A DNA stretch of 64,000 nt from a virus, in IMG/VR virus record IMGVR_UViG_3300017989_000002. One strand, given 5' to 3'. How positions within the stretch are numbered: the stretch's first letter is position 1; every line of letters begins with the position of its first letter. Both the position numbers and the translations under genes were made by a program. The notes under the pieces were generated by a model. That model saw nothing but the letters and a program-made list of their open reading frames with translations, had not been told where the DNA came from and ran no database searches. This document shows, in pieces, positions 1 through 10,108 of the stretch.

Positions 1-43
1 CTCGGAGGGGGTGGTAGCCGTAGGGCGGGGTCGGGCGCGTCAT
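1..43 (-). CDS. 5' end of a hypothetical protein running off the left edge (MTRPTPPYGYHPLR...)
   Basis: ATG at 43 with GAGGAG RBS upstream; CGTTAGGCT motif at 105-113. Confidence 0.55.
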   Translation of the reverse strand, partial: MTRPTPPYGYHPLR

Positions 44-130
44 GAGAATCTCCTCGACGGGAATTGCTGTCCCGCGACCGGGGTGGTCGCGTCGAGACGC
101 AGGAAGCCTAACGTGAGGAGAGCCCTCGTG

Positions 131-496
131 TCACCTACCGAGGAGCTTGTCCTTCCTCAGGGAGTTAGGCCGCCTGCGTTGCGCTTCGGCCAGGAGAGCT
201 TCCAGCGACTTGCCGCGCAGACGCATCTTCTCCCTGCCCCGCAGGTTGAAGACGGGGTTGATGCCTCTCGGACGCCGGCCCGCACGCTTCTCCATCCGGT
301 AGGCGGCGGCCTTCCTCTTCTGCAGCTCGGGAGGCTTCATGATCTGCCCGAGCTTGCCGACCCCGTACGCGGCAGCAGCGGCCGTGCCCAGGCCCGCCCA
401 CCAGCGAGGCGAGAACTTGGCTGCGGCCGGGATGCGAGGCTTCACCGGCTCCTTGGCCGCGAGCTTCTCCAGCTCCTGGATGTAGGCGTCGTTCAT
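131..496 (-). CDS. small basic protein with N-terminal ELEKLAA leader and Gly/Ala hydrophobic helix; possible virion internal protein
   Basis: ATGA overlap with SNF2 gene; MNDAYIQELEKLAA resembles the 37347 ORF. Confidence 0.75.
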   Translation of the reverse strand: MNDAYIQELEKLAAKEPVKPRIPAAAKFSPRWWAGLGTAAAAAYGVGKLGQIMKPPELQKRKAAAYRMEKRAGRRPRGINPVFNLRGREKMRLRGKSLEALLAEAQRRRPNSLRKDKLLGR

Positions 497-2184
497 GCGG
501 GCTCCCGGGCGAACATGCGGTGCATGACGCTGTCTCTGTCCTTGGACTCGTGACGCGACCTGCGCTCAAGGACGGCGCGGAGGTCGGTGTTGGCGGACGC
601 CTTCCGCGCCGCCGTGTTGTAGACGAACTGGTCCGCGCTCTGCGGCGCCTTCTGGAAGGTGATGGTCCGCCAGAAGCCTCGAGGGACCGTGGACACGTAG
701 CGCCGCACCTTCACGTGCCGCTCGCCGACGGGACGATGAGACTGGCCCCCGGCCCGGATGCCTCGGGCCTGGGCCTGGCTGTTGCGCTCGGGGTTATAGC
801 TGCCGTCGAGCATGTGCACGGCGGTCGTGTCGCCGAGGGACAGGCCCTCGGCGCCTGCGCCTGTGATGATGATCACCTTCTTCCGGCCTGCCTGGTAGTC
901 GGTGACGGCCTGCTGCCGGGCCGACTCGGTCATGCCCGGGACGCTCTTGCCGGCGAAGATGCCGAACGGGATGCCCCGAGCACGCAGGCCCGCGCTCACG
1001 ACGTCGACGCCCCCCTTCACGAAGTTCGTGTAGATGATCACCTTGCCGTCCGGCGTGTCCGACAGGTGCTTCACGGTGTCGTCGAGCAGACGCTTCACCT
1101 TGGGCGTCCTCTCCGCCGCCTCCTCGAGGGGCATGGGCATGACGGTGTGGAGGCTGTTGCTCGCCTTCCGGGCCAGCATGAGCCGCGTCAAGACGTTGGT
1201 CTTCTCCTCCCCGGGCAGCAGGCCGGACATCGCACGCTGCTGGGTGCGTGGGTCGATGCCCTTCATCGTGCGTCGGTAGACCTTGAGCTGCTCCCCCGCC
1301 ATCGGGACCTCGACGGTCTCGATGCTCGAGCTGGGCTTGCTGTCCGCGTCCAGGTCCTCGACGTAGTGCACCGACCGGCCGACCAGGGCGGAGAGCTCGC
1401 CCTCCTTCTTGAGCTCGGGGCGCGTGATCTTGCCACCGAAGATGCCCTTCTGGTCCGTCTTCACGTCGCGCACGTGCCGCCGACGGAACTTCTGCCGGTC
1501 GATGGGCTCGCCTCTGGCCAGGGAGAGGAGCGGCGCGATGTCGGCAGGGTCGTTCTGCGAGATGGAGGCGGTGAGGCCCACGAAGCGCGGGATCTGCGAC
1601 CGCACGGCCTCGAACGCCTTGAACCCCTTGCTCTCCGGGTTCGCGACCCGGTGGAACTCGTCGGCCACCACGATGGTCGGCTTCACCGCGTCGATGAAGC
1701 CCTGCGGGTTCTCTCGGAACGCGGCGTAGGAGACTACGGTGTAGTCCACTCCCGGCTTGACCTGCTCGGGGCGGGCCACGATCTGCGAGCTCGATGTCGT
1801 GAACTTCTGGACGCCGCTCGCGTGGAAGTTCTCCCGGAGGCCGGCGGGGGCCACGATGAGGGCACGGGAGCGGTCCTGCGTGCTGCTGCGCTGCTGCTCC
1901 ACCGCCATGACCGCCGAGGGCGTCTTCCCCGTGCCGGTGCCGTGGGCGAGGATGATGCCCCTCCCGGGCTTCAGCGTCTTGATGGTCTTGAGCGCGTCTG
2001 CCTGGTGCTCGTAGGGCTTGATGTTGGGCTTGAGGTTCCCGTCCACCCAGGTCTTGCCCCGGACCTTGTTGCCGGTCTGGTCGTGTCCGGTCTCTCCAGG
2101 CTCCAGCTGACGCCAGTGGCCGGCACGGGCGACCTTCGTGAGGTCCCCGTCGGTGCTGTACGAGCCGGCTGGCGTGACGATCAT
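493..2184 (-). CDS. SNF2-family (SF2) helicase/ATPase
   Basis: HGTGTGKT Walker A, ADEFHR, LTAS, GAEGLSL, QAQARGIRAG; true start MIVTPAG at 2184 (ATGA overlap with upstream gene). Confidence 0.9.
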   Translation of the reverse strand: MIVTPAGSYSTDGDLTKVARAGHWRQLEPGETGHDQTGNKVRGKTWVDGNLKPNIKPYEHQADALKTIKTLKPGRGIILAHGTGTGKTPSAVMAVEQQRSSTQDRSRALIVAPAGLRENFHASGVQKFTTSSSQIVARPEQVKPGVDYTVVSYAAFRENPQGFIDAVKPTIVVADEFHRVANPESKGFKAFEAVRSQIPRFVGLTASISQNDPADIAPLLSLARGEPIDRQKFRRRHVRDVKTDQKGIFGGKITRPELKKEGELSALVGRSVHYVEDLDADSKPSSSIETVEVPMAGEQLKVYRRTMKGIDPRTQQRAMSGLLPGEEKTNVLTRLMLARKASNSLHTVMPMPLEEAAERTPKVKRLLDDTVKHLSDTPDGKVIIYTNFVKGGVDVVSAGLRARGIPFGIFAGKSVPGMTESARQQAVTDYQAGRKKVIIITGAGAEGLSLGDTTAVHMLDGSYNPERNSQAQARGIRAGGQSHRPVGERHVKVRRYVSTVPRGFWRTITFQKAPQSADQFVYNTAARKASANTDLRAVLERRSRHESKDRDSVMHRMFAREPA

Positions 2185-4526
2185 CCCAACCCCCGGAGCT
2201 CCAGGCTCTTCACGTAGTCCTGCACGCACTGACGCCGGATCAGCCCGCTCTCCTGCAGATTGTAACTGGCATCGACCTCGTGCTCGACCGCAGTCTCCGT
2301 GGTGGACTGGGCGTCGTACTGCAGGTCCCGGTCCGAGGGGCCGATGGTCTTCCCGTTCGCGTCCACGATGGTCTCGCCGGCGGGGAGGGTGCGCCGGACC
2401 TTCACCGTCTTCCTCGTCCGGGTGGTGAAGTCGACGCCCTTGTACCCGTCCCCGCCGCCGTCGGCCGCGGGCTTGGCCGCGAAGGAGCCGGGGTCGAAGG
2501 CAGAGGACAGGAACCCTTCCGCCGGGATCCCCTCCTCGTCGTAGACGTCGGTCAGGTCGAGGTCGGTGTCGTTGGCGGAGTCGGTGGCGTCCGGGTGACC
2601 CAGGACCTCCACGAGGGATGCCTTGGGCCTCCAGGTGACCTCCTGGGCCATGCTGCGCAGGTCCCCGCCCTCGGCGTTCTGGAGACGCCAGGCGATCTCC
2701 AGAGCCCAGATGGCGCGGCGAAGCGGGTGCTTGTCGCCGTCGATGTCCTTCCAGAACTTGTCGCCTCCCACGACGAGAGGAACGTTGGCCTCCGCGGCCT
2801 CGGTGTCGACCTGGTCCGCAAGGCGCTCCCCGAGGTCGTACAGGCTCTCGCACCCGAGCAGCAGGTCGTAGACCTCGGCACCTACGCGCTTGACGTCGTA
2901 CCGGTCGTCCAGGAACCCGTCGGTGCCTCTGTCGACCAGGGTCGACAGCGATCGGTAGTCCGCCCCCGTCCCGTCGTCCGACAGCGTGGAAGCATCGGAG
3001 TCGAAGTCGAGGACCTCCGTGTGGTGCCTGGCGTGGGTGATGGTCCCCTGCGTGATGCCCCCGCGCTGGTCGATCATGTGCACCACGGTGTGCATGTGCC
3101 CGAAGATGTGCTTGGCCATGTGCAGGGGCGAGTAGACGTCAGACATCAGGACGGCCGGGAAGCCCGGCACGAGGTTGAGGTTCAGCGGCCCCGTGAAGCT
3201 CATGGTGCGGCGAGCGAAGCGGCCCAGCCAGAAGCTGTAGTCCGCCAGCTTCGACAGGTAGTCGCGGCGAGGGCCCTTCGCGACGTAGGCGCTGAGGTCG
3301 TCCTGCCAGTGCTCCACCGGGTTGAGCCCGGTCCACCGCTCGTGAGGGAGTACGGTCGTCGCCATGCGCTCGAGGAAGGACCCGTTCTTCGCGTTGACGG
3401 TCATGCCGTCGAGGGAGTCGAAGTCCGGGGCGTAGAAGCGCTCGGTGAGCCACTTGTTGGGTGCCCCGTTCAGCAGCAAGCTGGTGCGGACGAACATCCG
3501 GGTGGGCTCGTTCAGGAAGTCCCGGTTGTGCGAGACGATGTTGTACTGGTTCGGGAAGACGATGTTGCAGACCGGAGGCGCCATGAAGGGCGCGTGCGGC
3601 ACGATCGCCGTGTAGTTGAGGGTGGCGTCGGCCCACCCGTCGTCGCGCTTGATGAGACGACGCGACAGCGCGGAGCCGTCGTCCGGGTCGTAGCCCCGGG
3701 CACGGCCCTCCTTGTCCAGGTAGGGGAACGGGATCCCAACGGTGTCGTGGAACACCGTGCCCAGCATCATGCGCATCATCTGGGCCAGCGTGTAGGCTCC
3801 GCCGCCTCCGCCGACCCGGTTGGACAGGTACTTCTGGAAGAAGTCGAGCTTGAACAGCTTGGCCGCGGTCTCGTCCTGCGGCACGCCCACGACCAGGTCG
3901 CCGTAGCGCCAACGGTTGAAGGCTCCGCCGTACCAGTCGTTGGCGGCGAACCACATCTCCCGGAGCGTCCGATGGACGCCCAGGTAGAGGTTGTCGTTGC
4001 CCTCCGCGTTCTCGCTCTTCGAGAGCCAGTTGAACAGGTTGGAGTGCAGGTCCTTGCCGGCGACGTCGAAGGACTTGGCCTTGTCGGGCGAGACGCCTCG
4101 GAAGGCCAGCTCGATGAGCTCGATGCCGCCGTTGCGGAAGTTGACGTAGTGCTGCTTGATGAAGTCCCAGTAGTTGTCCGGGGCCAGGAACACGAGGGTC
4201 ACGTCCCGCTGACCGGGCTGCTTCTGGAAGTTGACGCCGGCGAGCTCGCCCAGGAACCCGCACTTGTAGTTGCGGAGGTCCGCCAGCGTGAGGTTCGCGC
4301 GCTCCTTCTGGGTGCCTCCCTCGTAAGAGTGCCCCCTCCTGTCGTCATCGAAGACGCAGACGGCGACAGCGGTGCGCGGCTTCAGGTCGAAGATGGGGTC
4401 CGTCGCGACCAGGCGCACCTCGCAGGCGATGGGGACGCCCGCGGTGGCGACGATCCGGGCACCGATGGCCGGCACCTCGACGCCCTCGAGGAAGACGCGC
4501 AGGTTCAGGTAGGCGGCAGAGCTCAC
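2181..4526 (-). CDS. putative baseplate hub-like structural protein (781 aa)
   Basis: downstream of tape measure; beta-rich N-terminus LRVFLEGVEVP and late LNLNLVPGFP segment are reminiscent of hub proteins; mostly a positional call. Confidence 0.5.
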   Translation of the reverse strand: MSSAAYLNLRVFLEGVEVPAIGARIVATAGVPIACEVRLVATDPIFDLKPRTAVAVCVFDDDRRGHSYEGGTQKERANLTLADLRNYKCGFLGELAGVNFQKQPGQRDVTLVFLAPDNYWDFIKQHYVNFRNGGIELIELAFRGVSPDKAKSFDVAGKDLHSNLFNWLSKSENAEGNDNLYLGVHRTLREMWFAANDWYGGAFNRWRYGDLVVGVPQDETAAKLFKLDFFQKYLSNRVGGGGGAYTLAQMMRMMLGTVFHDTVGIPFPYLDKEGRARGYDPDDGSALSRRLIKRDDGWADATLNYTAIVPHAPFMAPPVCNIVFPNQYNIVSHNRDFLNEPTRMFVRTSLLLNGAPNKWLTERFYAPDFDSLDGMTVNAKNGSFLERMATTVLPHERWTGLNPVEHWQDDLSAYVAKGPRRDYLSKLADYSFWLGRFARRTMSFTGPLNLNLVPGFPAVLMSDVYSPLHMAKHIFGHMHTVVHMIDQRGGITQGTITHARHHTEVLDFDSDASTLSDDGTGADYRSLSTLVDRGTDGFLDDRYDVKRVGAEVYDLLLGCESLYDLGERLADQVDTEAAEANVPLVVGGDKFWKDIDGDKHPLRRAIWALEIAWRLQNAEGGDLRSMAQEVTWRPKASLVEVLGHPDATDSANDTDLDLTDVYDEEGIPAEGFLSSAFDPGSFAAKPAADGGGDGYKGVDFTTRTRKTVKVRRTLPAGETIVDANGKTIGPSDRDLQYDAQSTTETAVEHEVDASYNLQESGLIRRQCVQDYVKSLELRGLG

Positions 4527-5437
4527 TGGTCACTTCGCAGGAGGGCGCCGCCCGGGACGCGCGCGCTTCCTCCGTAGAACGCCTGCCGCCGGTACAGGAG
4601 AGACTCCCGCATGAGGCGCTCCTCGCCGAGCTCCTCGAACCACGCCTGGACGCGCTGCATGGCGTCGGAGGCGGTCAAGGCGAAGGGGGTGCCGGTGAGC
4701 CGCTGGGGGTCGAAGGGACTCGACTGCCCGGTGATCGGGTCGATGAAGTACAGCTTCTCGACCTCGAGAGGGGCCTCGATGTAGTCCACGTACAAGGAAT
4801 CGCCCACGAGCCTCGTGTTCTCGACGGAGCGGACGACAGCGTTTCCGACGTCCACGTGGCTGAAGACCAGCATCTTGAAGCTGAACTGGCAGACGTGAGG
4901 GAGCTTGGAGTCGTCCGCCACGCTCGTGCCGAAGACGTACCCGGAGTACAGCTGGTCATCGACGCTGAGGTAGACCCTCGTGCGGTTCTGAACGCACCGG
5001 GTGCCGCGCAGGTAGTTCCGGTAGTTCGAGAGCCACTCCTGCTTCCAGGAGAAGTCCGCGGTGTTCATCAGGAGGCCCTGAACCTGCAGGACCAGCGGGC
5101 GCTCACCGAAGAAGAACACGAAGTCCTCGCCGAAGGTCTCGACGATCTGCATCTTCTCGGACTCGACGTGGCTCACCTGGGTGAGGAGGAAGTTGTGGTT
5201 GTGGTTGGACCACCCCTTCCCTTCGACCGCAGGTCCGGCCTGATCTGGCATGGAGACGGGGACGAGGTTCCCCTCCGCACCGGACTGGCGCAGGGACAGG
5301 GAGGCGAACCTGTCGGCCTTCGGCACGTAGCCGTACAGCGGACGGCGCACGCCACGCGAGTCCTTCTTCTTGAAGAGGCTGACGACCTCCGGAAGGCTCT
5401 GCTCGAACGGGTCAGTGCGGTACAGGATGGTGCTCAC
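4523..5437 (-). CDS. putative tail-tube initiator/baseplate protein (304 aa)
   Basis: two genes after tape measure; EKMQIVETFGEDFVFFFGERP...FSFKMLV pattern; positional. Confidence 0.5.
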   Translation of the reverse strand: MSTILYRTDPFEQSLPEVVSLFKKKDSRGVRRPLYGYVPKADRFASLSLRQSGAEGNLVPVSMPDQAGPAVEGKGWSNHNHNFLLTQVSHVESEKMQIVETFGEDFVFFFGERPLVLQVQGLLMNTADFSWKQEWLSNYRNYLRGTRCVQNRTRVYLSVDDQLYSGYVFGTSVADDSKLPHVCQFSFKMLVFSHVDVGNAVVRSVENTRLVGDSLYVDYIEAPLEVEKLYFIDPITGQSSPFDPQRLTGTPFALTASDAMQRVQAWFEELGEERLMRESLLYRRQAFYGGSARVPGGALLRSDQ

Positions 5438-5637
5438 TTGGGCTCCACGACGGTCCGACGGAGGTCAGTGGGGACCGGGTCGGGGGCGATGTCTCGGCCG
5501 AACCAGACGTTCGCAGCCTCGATGCGGACCAGGTGGTCCATGAGGCGCAGCTCGCCCACGCGGTCGTACTCCGCCACCCGGAGGATGCCCTCCTCGTTGA
5601 CGACGCCCCGATCGCTGATCTTGTTGGACTCTGCCAT
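5434..5637 (-). CDS. small hypothetical protein in tail operon
   Basis: GAGGAGG RBS, GTGA coupling. Confidence 0.7.
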   Translation of the reverse strand: MAESNKISDRGVVNEEGILRVAEYDRVGELRLMDHLVRIEAANVWFGRDIAPDPVPTDLRRTVVEPK

Positions 5638-5652
5638 GCCACCCTCCTCGGA

Positions 5653-8600
5653 CTACTTGAGCACCGTGTTCGCTCCGACGACCTCGTCGCCGTAGGTGTC
5701 CATCTGCATCTCCTTGCCCACTCCGGTCGACTTGAACGCGGTGAGGAAGGCGTCGACGGCAACCACGAACTCGGTCTGGCGCTTCCAGACGTCGGACTCC
5801 ATGCCCTCCACGGTGGTTCGGCCGCCCTTCCCCGTCCCCGTGCCGTTGTCGTACATGGCGGGCGAGAAGTCGCCGCGTGCCATGAGGTCGCCGACCACCT
5901 GGTCTGCGCTCTTTCCCATCGCCGCCGCGATGTCCTGATCGCTGTACCCGAACTCCTTGAGCTTCGCTGCACGCGTCTTCTCGTCGATGACGCTGTTGAT
6001 GTCGCTGGCCATGCCGAGAGTCCCCAGCTGACCGCCCGAGATGTCGAAGAGGCTCTTCTTCTCCTCCGCGCTGATCCCGCCGGCGGCTACCTGCTTGAGC
6101 ACTCCCTCCCAGGCCGCGACGTACTCCTCGCGCGTGCCCCCGCTCGATGCCTTGCCGAGTGCCCGCACCGCGTCGCCGGCGGCGCCGAACTCGCGGTCGA
6201 TCATCGGGTCGCCGCTGCCCTCCACCCACCTCTGGTAGGCGTTCTTGGTGATGGACTTGCTCTGGTCGGTGAGCCGCTGGTACTCGAGCGACGCGCCGAC
6301 ATCGAACAGGCGTGCGGCGCCGGCCCTGGCCTTCGTGCGGGCATCCCCGGTGAGGGACGAGTAGTGCCCCACCAGCTGCTGGGCCTGGGTCAGGGCCTGC
6401 CCTGTCATCCCGGAGGCCCCGAGGCCCTTCAGCGCCTTCTCCATCGCGTCCTGGTCCAGGTTCTCGGAGAGCGCGACTTCCATCGCCTTCCCGAAGGCTT
6501 CCCTCTGCACGCCGCTCTTCTCGGTGGCGAGCTTGAGCTCGTCAGCGGTGTTCCCGTAGAAATTCCCCGCGACAGGGCTGCCCCAGGCGGAGGCGAGCTT
6601 GTCGAACTCCTCGCCGTAGGCCTTCCTCGCCGCAGCAGAGTCCGTCCGGTAGGCGGTCTTCCTCCCGACCCCGAGCTTGTCGTACTCCTTGCCGTGTGCA
6701 GTTCCGCGCAGCGCGCGCGAGATCGCCCCCTCGTACTGCGCCTTCTCCTCTCCGGGGAGGCGGGAGTAGGCCTCGGGCGTGCTGGGCAGCCCGGCCTTCA
6801 GAGGGTCGTCCTCGAGCGCGTTCACGTAGTCCCACGTCGCGGTGTCCCGCGCGCTGGGCCCTCCGAACCCGAACATCGTCCCGAGGCCGAACGGTCCGGA
6901 CATGCTCATGTCGGTGGTGCGGCTCCGGGCCACCACGTCGTCCAGGCGGTGCGTCGTGGACAGGTTCCGCAGCCCTGCCGCCGCCTGACCGGACACGTCC
7001 CGGCTGTTGCGCCCGAAGCGCGCCTGGAAGTCGAGGTCGGCGACGTTCTTCGGGGCGAACTGGTTGCCCGAGACCTGGGAGTACTCCCTGCCCGACTTGT
7101 CGTAGACGCGTCCCTGGACCGACATCAGGTCCGAGTTCTGCGAGAAGTAGGAGCCTCCGCCCATCACCGAGTCGACCATCGCCTGGTTGCCTGTCACGGC
7201 GTAGTCGCTGTACTCGTCCAGGAACCTCTCGTTCATGCTGGGGGCCGCGAAGAGAGCACGGCTGCGAGCCGTCCCGGCACCTCGAGGGCCCTCGAACATC
7301 GCACCGCGTCGCAGGTAGCCCTGCGACGTGCCGCCCATGCTGACCTCGTTCCTTCCGCTCCACCAGGATCCCCAGGAGGCTGCCTGCTGGTCCATCTCTT
7401 CGCCGACCCGGGCACCCATGTACCGGGCGGGGTCCGAGATGTTGTCCTTCCACGCGCCCTTCGTCCTGGCGATGATGCTGTACTGCTTGGCGACCCGGTC
7501 GAACTCCGCTTCCTGCTGCATGCGCATGGACTCGTTGCGCTGCTCGCGCAGCACGTTGCCCATGTTCAGGCTCTGGTCGAGCAGGAGGCCCGCCTCCTCT
7601 CGGCCGAGGCCCTGGTGCATCAGGCCGCGGATGAGGCCCTTCCGGTCCGTCGACATGCCGAGCTGTCCGCGCTCTGCGCGCGCCGAGTTCACCATCGCCA
7701 TGCCGGCGTACTGCATGAAGTTCTCTTGGGCCTCGCGTCCCCCCGTGGCCTGCAGCGTTCCGAGCCCGCGGTTGACGGCCCGGGTCACGAGCTGCTCTAG
7801 GCTGGAGTTGCCTCCGACGACGCTCGTCAGGCGTCCGACGTCCATCTCCGAGCCCGACCCCATCGCGTTGGCCATCATCATCCGGCCGCGCGCGCCCTTG
7901 AGGAAGCGCATCTGGGCCTGCCCGAGGCGTGCTGCCACTGCCTCGGGGCCTCCGGCCTCCATGACGGCCTCTTCCGAGATGCTGCCGTTCCGCATGCCGA
8001 GGTCGACAGATGCCTGGACGTTCTGCATGAACTCGGCGCCGAAGCGGCCGCGCATGCCGTAGCGTCGTGCGGTCTGGGCACCGTAGGCCCCCATCGCCGC
8101 CACCTGGGAGGGATCGCGTCCGGTCGCCGCCGCCAACGCGCCCTGCTTGAGGGCCTGGGCGCCCACGTCGGCGGCCTGGTAGAAGCCCTGCTGGCGGATC
8201 TGGCTGAAGGTCTGCGTCGCGTCCTCGATGGACGTCTGCATCTCCTTCGCGATGGTCTTGATGGTCGACAGCGCCTTGTCGAACTTCTCCTTGAACTCCT
8301 TCGTGCCCGAGACCGACTTGAAGTAGCCCTGGTCGTCCAGGTAGCGGGTGATCTCGCGCACGGTCCCGCTGTCGGTCCCGAGGCTACGTGCCGCGGACCG
8401 GAACTGCTGCTGCATTCCCACAGCCATACCGTTGGTCGGGTCCACCTGACGTCCGAACATCGAGCCGCTGCGCTGGGCCAGCAGCATCTTCGTGTCCTGG
8501 TACGCCTGCTGACCGTCCCGCATGTTGGACAGATACGAGCTGGCGGCGAAGGCCCCCGCCCCCATGATCGCGCCGACGCCGGTGACGCCCATGGCGCCGC

Positions 8601-9054
8601 CCACCAAGCCACCCATGACGCCGCGCGCGCCCGCGCTTAGCATCCCGGCCCCGACCTGCCTCCCTGCAGCCCACGAGCCTGCCCGGAACCCCGCGCCGCC
8701 CGCCTTCATGACGTACGTGAAGGGGTCGATCGCATCGAGGGCTCGCGCGAACCCGACCATGCCGGGGCGGCCCATCGAGGTGCCGATCCCGCGGAACAGG
8801 GGTGCCGCAGCACCGCCCAGCATGACGCCCGTCCCGATGGCGCCCGGGGCTGTGCTGGTCAAGAAGTTGGCTGCGGCACCGCCGCCTAGCGCGCCGAGCT
8901 GGGCCTGCGACGACCTCTGGTCCGCAGACCGCTGGTTGTTCGGGGCGAAGAAGCCGGCCGAGCCAAGTCCCGCCTGGAAGAAGCCAGGCGTGCTGAAGCC
9001 CATGCCCGGCGCGGGCATGGTAGATCCTGGAGTCGCGTAGCCGCCGTTGTTCAT
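5653..9054 (-). CDS. tail tape measure protein (1133 aa)
   Basis: long Ala/Gly/Met/Gln-rich helical protein with Gly-rich hydrophobic stretches, followed by baseplate-like genes. Confidence 0.75.
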   Translation of the reverse strand: MNNGGYATPGSTMPAPGMGFSTPGFFQAGLGSAGFFAPNNQRSADQRSSQAQLGALGGGAAANFLTSTAPGAIGTGVMLGGAAAPLFRGIGTSMGRPGMVGFARALDAIDPFTYVMKAGGAGFRAGSWAAGRQVGAGMLSAGARGVMGGLVGGAMGVTGVGAIMGAGAFAASSYLSNMRDGQQAYQDTKMLLAQRSGSMFGRQVDPTNGMAVGMQQQFRSAARSLGTDSGTVREITRYLDDQGYFKSVSGTKEFKEKFDKALSTIKTIAKEMQTSIEDATQTFSQIRQQGFYQAADVGAQALKQGALAAATGRDPSQVAAMGAYGAQTARRYGMRGRFGAEFMQNVQASVDLGMRNGSISEEAVMEAGGPEAVAARLGQAQMRFLKGARGRMMMANAMGSGSEMDVGRLTSVVGGNSSLEQLVTRAVNRGLGTLQATGGREAQENFMQYAGMAMVNSARAERGQLGMSTDRKGLIRGLMHQGLGREEAGLLLDQSLNMGNVLREQRNESMRMQQEAEFDRVAKQYSIIARTKGAWKDNISDPARYMGARVGEEMDQQAASWGSWWSGRNEVSMGGTSQGYLRRGAMFEGPRGAGTARSRALFAAPSMNERFLDEYSDYAVTGNQAMVDSVMGGGSYFSQNSDLMSVQGRVYDKSGREYSQVSGNQFAPKNVADLDFQARFGRNSRDVSGQAAAGLRNLSTTHRLDDVVARSRTTDMSMSGPFGLGTMFGFGGPSARDTATWDYVNALEDDPLKAGLPSTPEAYSRLPGEEKAQYEGAISRALRGTAHGKEYDKLGVGRKTAYRTDSAAARKAYGEEFDKLASAWGSPVAGNFYGNTADELKLATEKSGVQREAFGKAMEVALSENLDQDAMEKALKGLGASGMTGQALTQAQQLVGHYSSLTGDARTKARAGAARLFDVGASLEYQRLTDQSKSITKNAYQRWVEGSGDPMIDREFGAAGDAVRALGKASSGGTREEYVAAWEGVLKQVAAGGISAEEKKSLFDISGGQLGTLGMASDINSVIDEKTRAAKLKEFGYSDQDIAAAMGKSADQVVGDLMARGDFSPAMYDNGTGTGKGGRTTVEGMESDVWKRQTEFVVAVDAFLTAFKSTGVGKEMQMDTYGDEVVGANTVLK

Positions 9055-9071
9055 GGACGACTACTACCACG

Positions 9072-9284
9072 TCAAGAGGATGGCGGTCCCTTCAGGTCCC
9101 AGTAGAGGAACCCACGCAGCATCTCACGCTCGAAGGGAGCGAGACCTTCCCCGTCCTGGGTCCGCAGGAAGGCGCTGTACGCGTCGAGGTGCGGGTCGAT
9201 GACATCCTTGAGGATCTGCTCAGGGGTCAGGCCTGCGATGTCCGTCGAGGACAACGAGCTTCCCTTGCTTGGGCTCTCCGACAT
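9072..9284 (-). CDS. hypothetical protein
   Basis: GGAGGAG RBS, high GC3. Confidence 0.65.
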   Translation of the reverse strand: MSESPSKGSSLSSTDIAGLTPEQILKDVIDPHLDAYSAFLRTQDGEGLAPFEREMLRGFLYWDLKGPPSS

Positions 9285-9495
9285 TCAGCTCCTCCAGGTC
9301 GCGTACTTCGGCCTCGCAGGCCCGCTGCTCCTTCTCGAGGAGCGACCGAACGTACCGCGTGTGCTCGTCCGGCACCATCCCATCGCCGACGGGAGAGGGG
9401 ATGGGTTTGCCGTCGAGGTGGGCCAGCAGGTCCTCGATCACCGCCAGACGGTGGATCTGGGTCTCGATGGCGTACTGGGCCTCTCGGACGTTCAC
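9220..9495 (-). CDS. hypothetical protein (VNVREAQYAIE...)
   Basis: GTGA coupling to 9492..10094. Confidence 0.65.
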   Translation of the reverse strand: MNVREAQYAIETQIHRLAVIEDLLAHLDGKPIPSPVGDGMVPDEHTRYVRSLLEKEQRACEAEVRDLEELNVGEPKQGKLVVLDGHRRPDP

Positions 9496-10094
9496 GGCTT
9501 GTCCTTGCGGTTGAAGCGGTACTGCTTGCCCAGCTGACTCCCGAAGGCCTTCTTGTGCTCCGCGGCCCCGACCTTGCCCTTGCGAGCTCCGCCCAGCCAG
9601 GGATCCCACTTGAAGCCCTCGTGCAGCGCCTCGTGCATCTCCTTGATCTTCGCGGCGAAGGTGCCGTCGTTCAGGATCTGGACGACCTTGTCCTTGGGGA
9701 TGACCCACTGGATGCGGAGCAAGGGGACCTTGACCCGGACCTCGCAGTTGTAGTTGTACTTGGTCAGCAGGTGCCGCAGCGCCGACTCGGAGTTGGCCAG
9801 GTAGTTCCCGTTCGTCGAGATGCGGATGGGGTCGCCCTGCTGCTCCTCTGCCACCGCGCCGGACTCGCGCATGCGGTCGTAGTAGGCGCGCATGCGCGCA
9901 TCATCGAATGAGAGGAGGTCCTCGTCTCCGCCGGCCTTGGTTTGGTAGACCCAGATGCCTGCGGCTGGGTTGCCCGTCTCGGGCCCTCGGCCGATCATGA
10001 GGTCGAGGGTGTACAGGGGAGCCAGCGAGTCCGCGGCGGCCTTGTCGATCTCGTCCATGAGCTTGGACTTGTAGGTGGTGATGCCGAACGCCAT
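9492..10094 (-). CDS. hypothetical protein (200 aa)
   Basis: GGAGG RBS, high GC3. Confidence 0.8.
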   Translation of the reverse strand: MAFGITTYKSKLMDEIDKAAADSLAPLYTLDLMIGRGPETGNPAAGIWVYQTKAGGDEDLLSFDDARMRAYYDRMRESGAVAEEQQGDPIRISTNGNYLANSESALRHLLTKYNYNCEVRVKVPLLRIQWVIPKDKVVQILNDGTFAAKIKEMHEALHEGFKWDPWLGGARKGKVGAAEHKKAFGSQLGKQYRFNRKDKP

Positions 10095-10108
10095 CAGGAG
10101 ATCCTCCG

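Noticed and set aside
520-7800. Long + strand ORFs (565, 765, 755 aa) opposite the tail genes, and many similar antisense ORFs elsewhere
   Set aside because: Shadow ORFs expected in high-GC3 DNA; no RBS, no motifs, and the opposite strand carries coupled genes.
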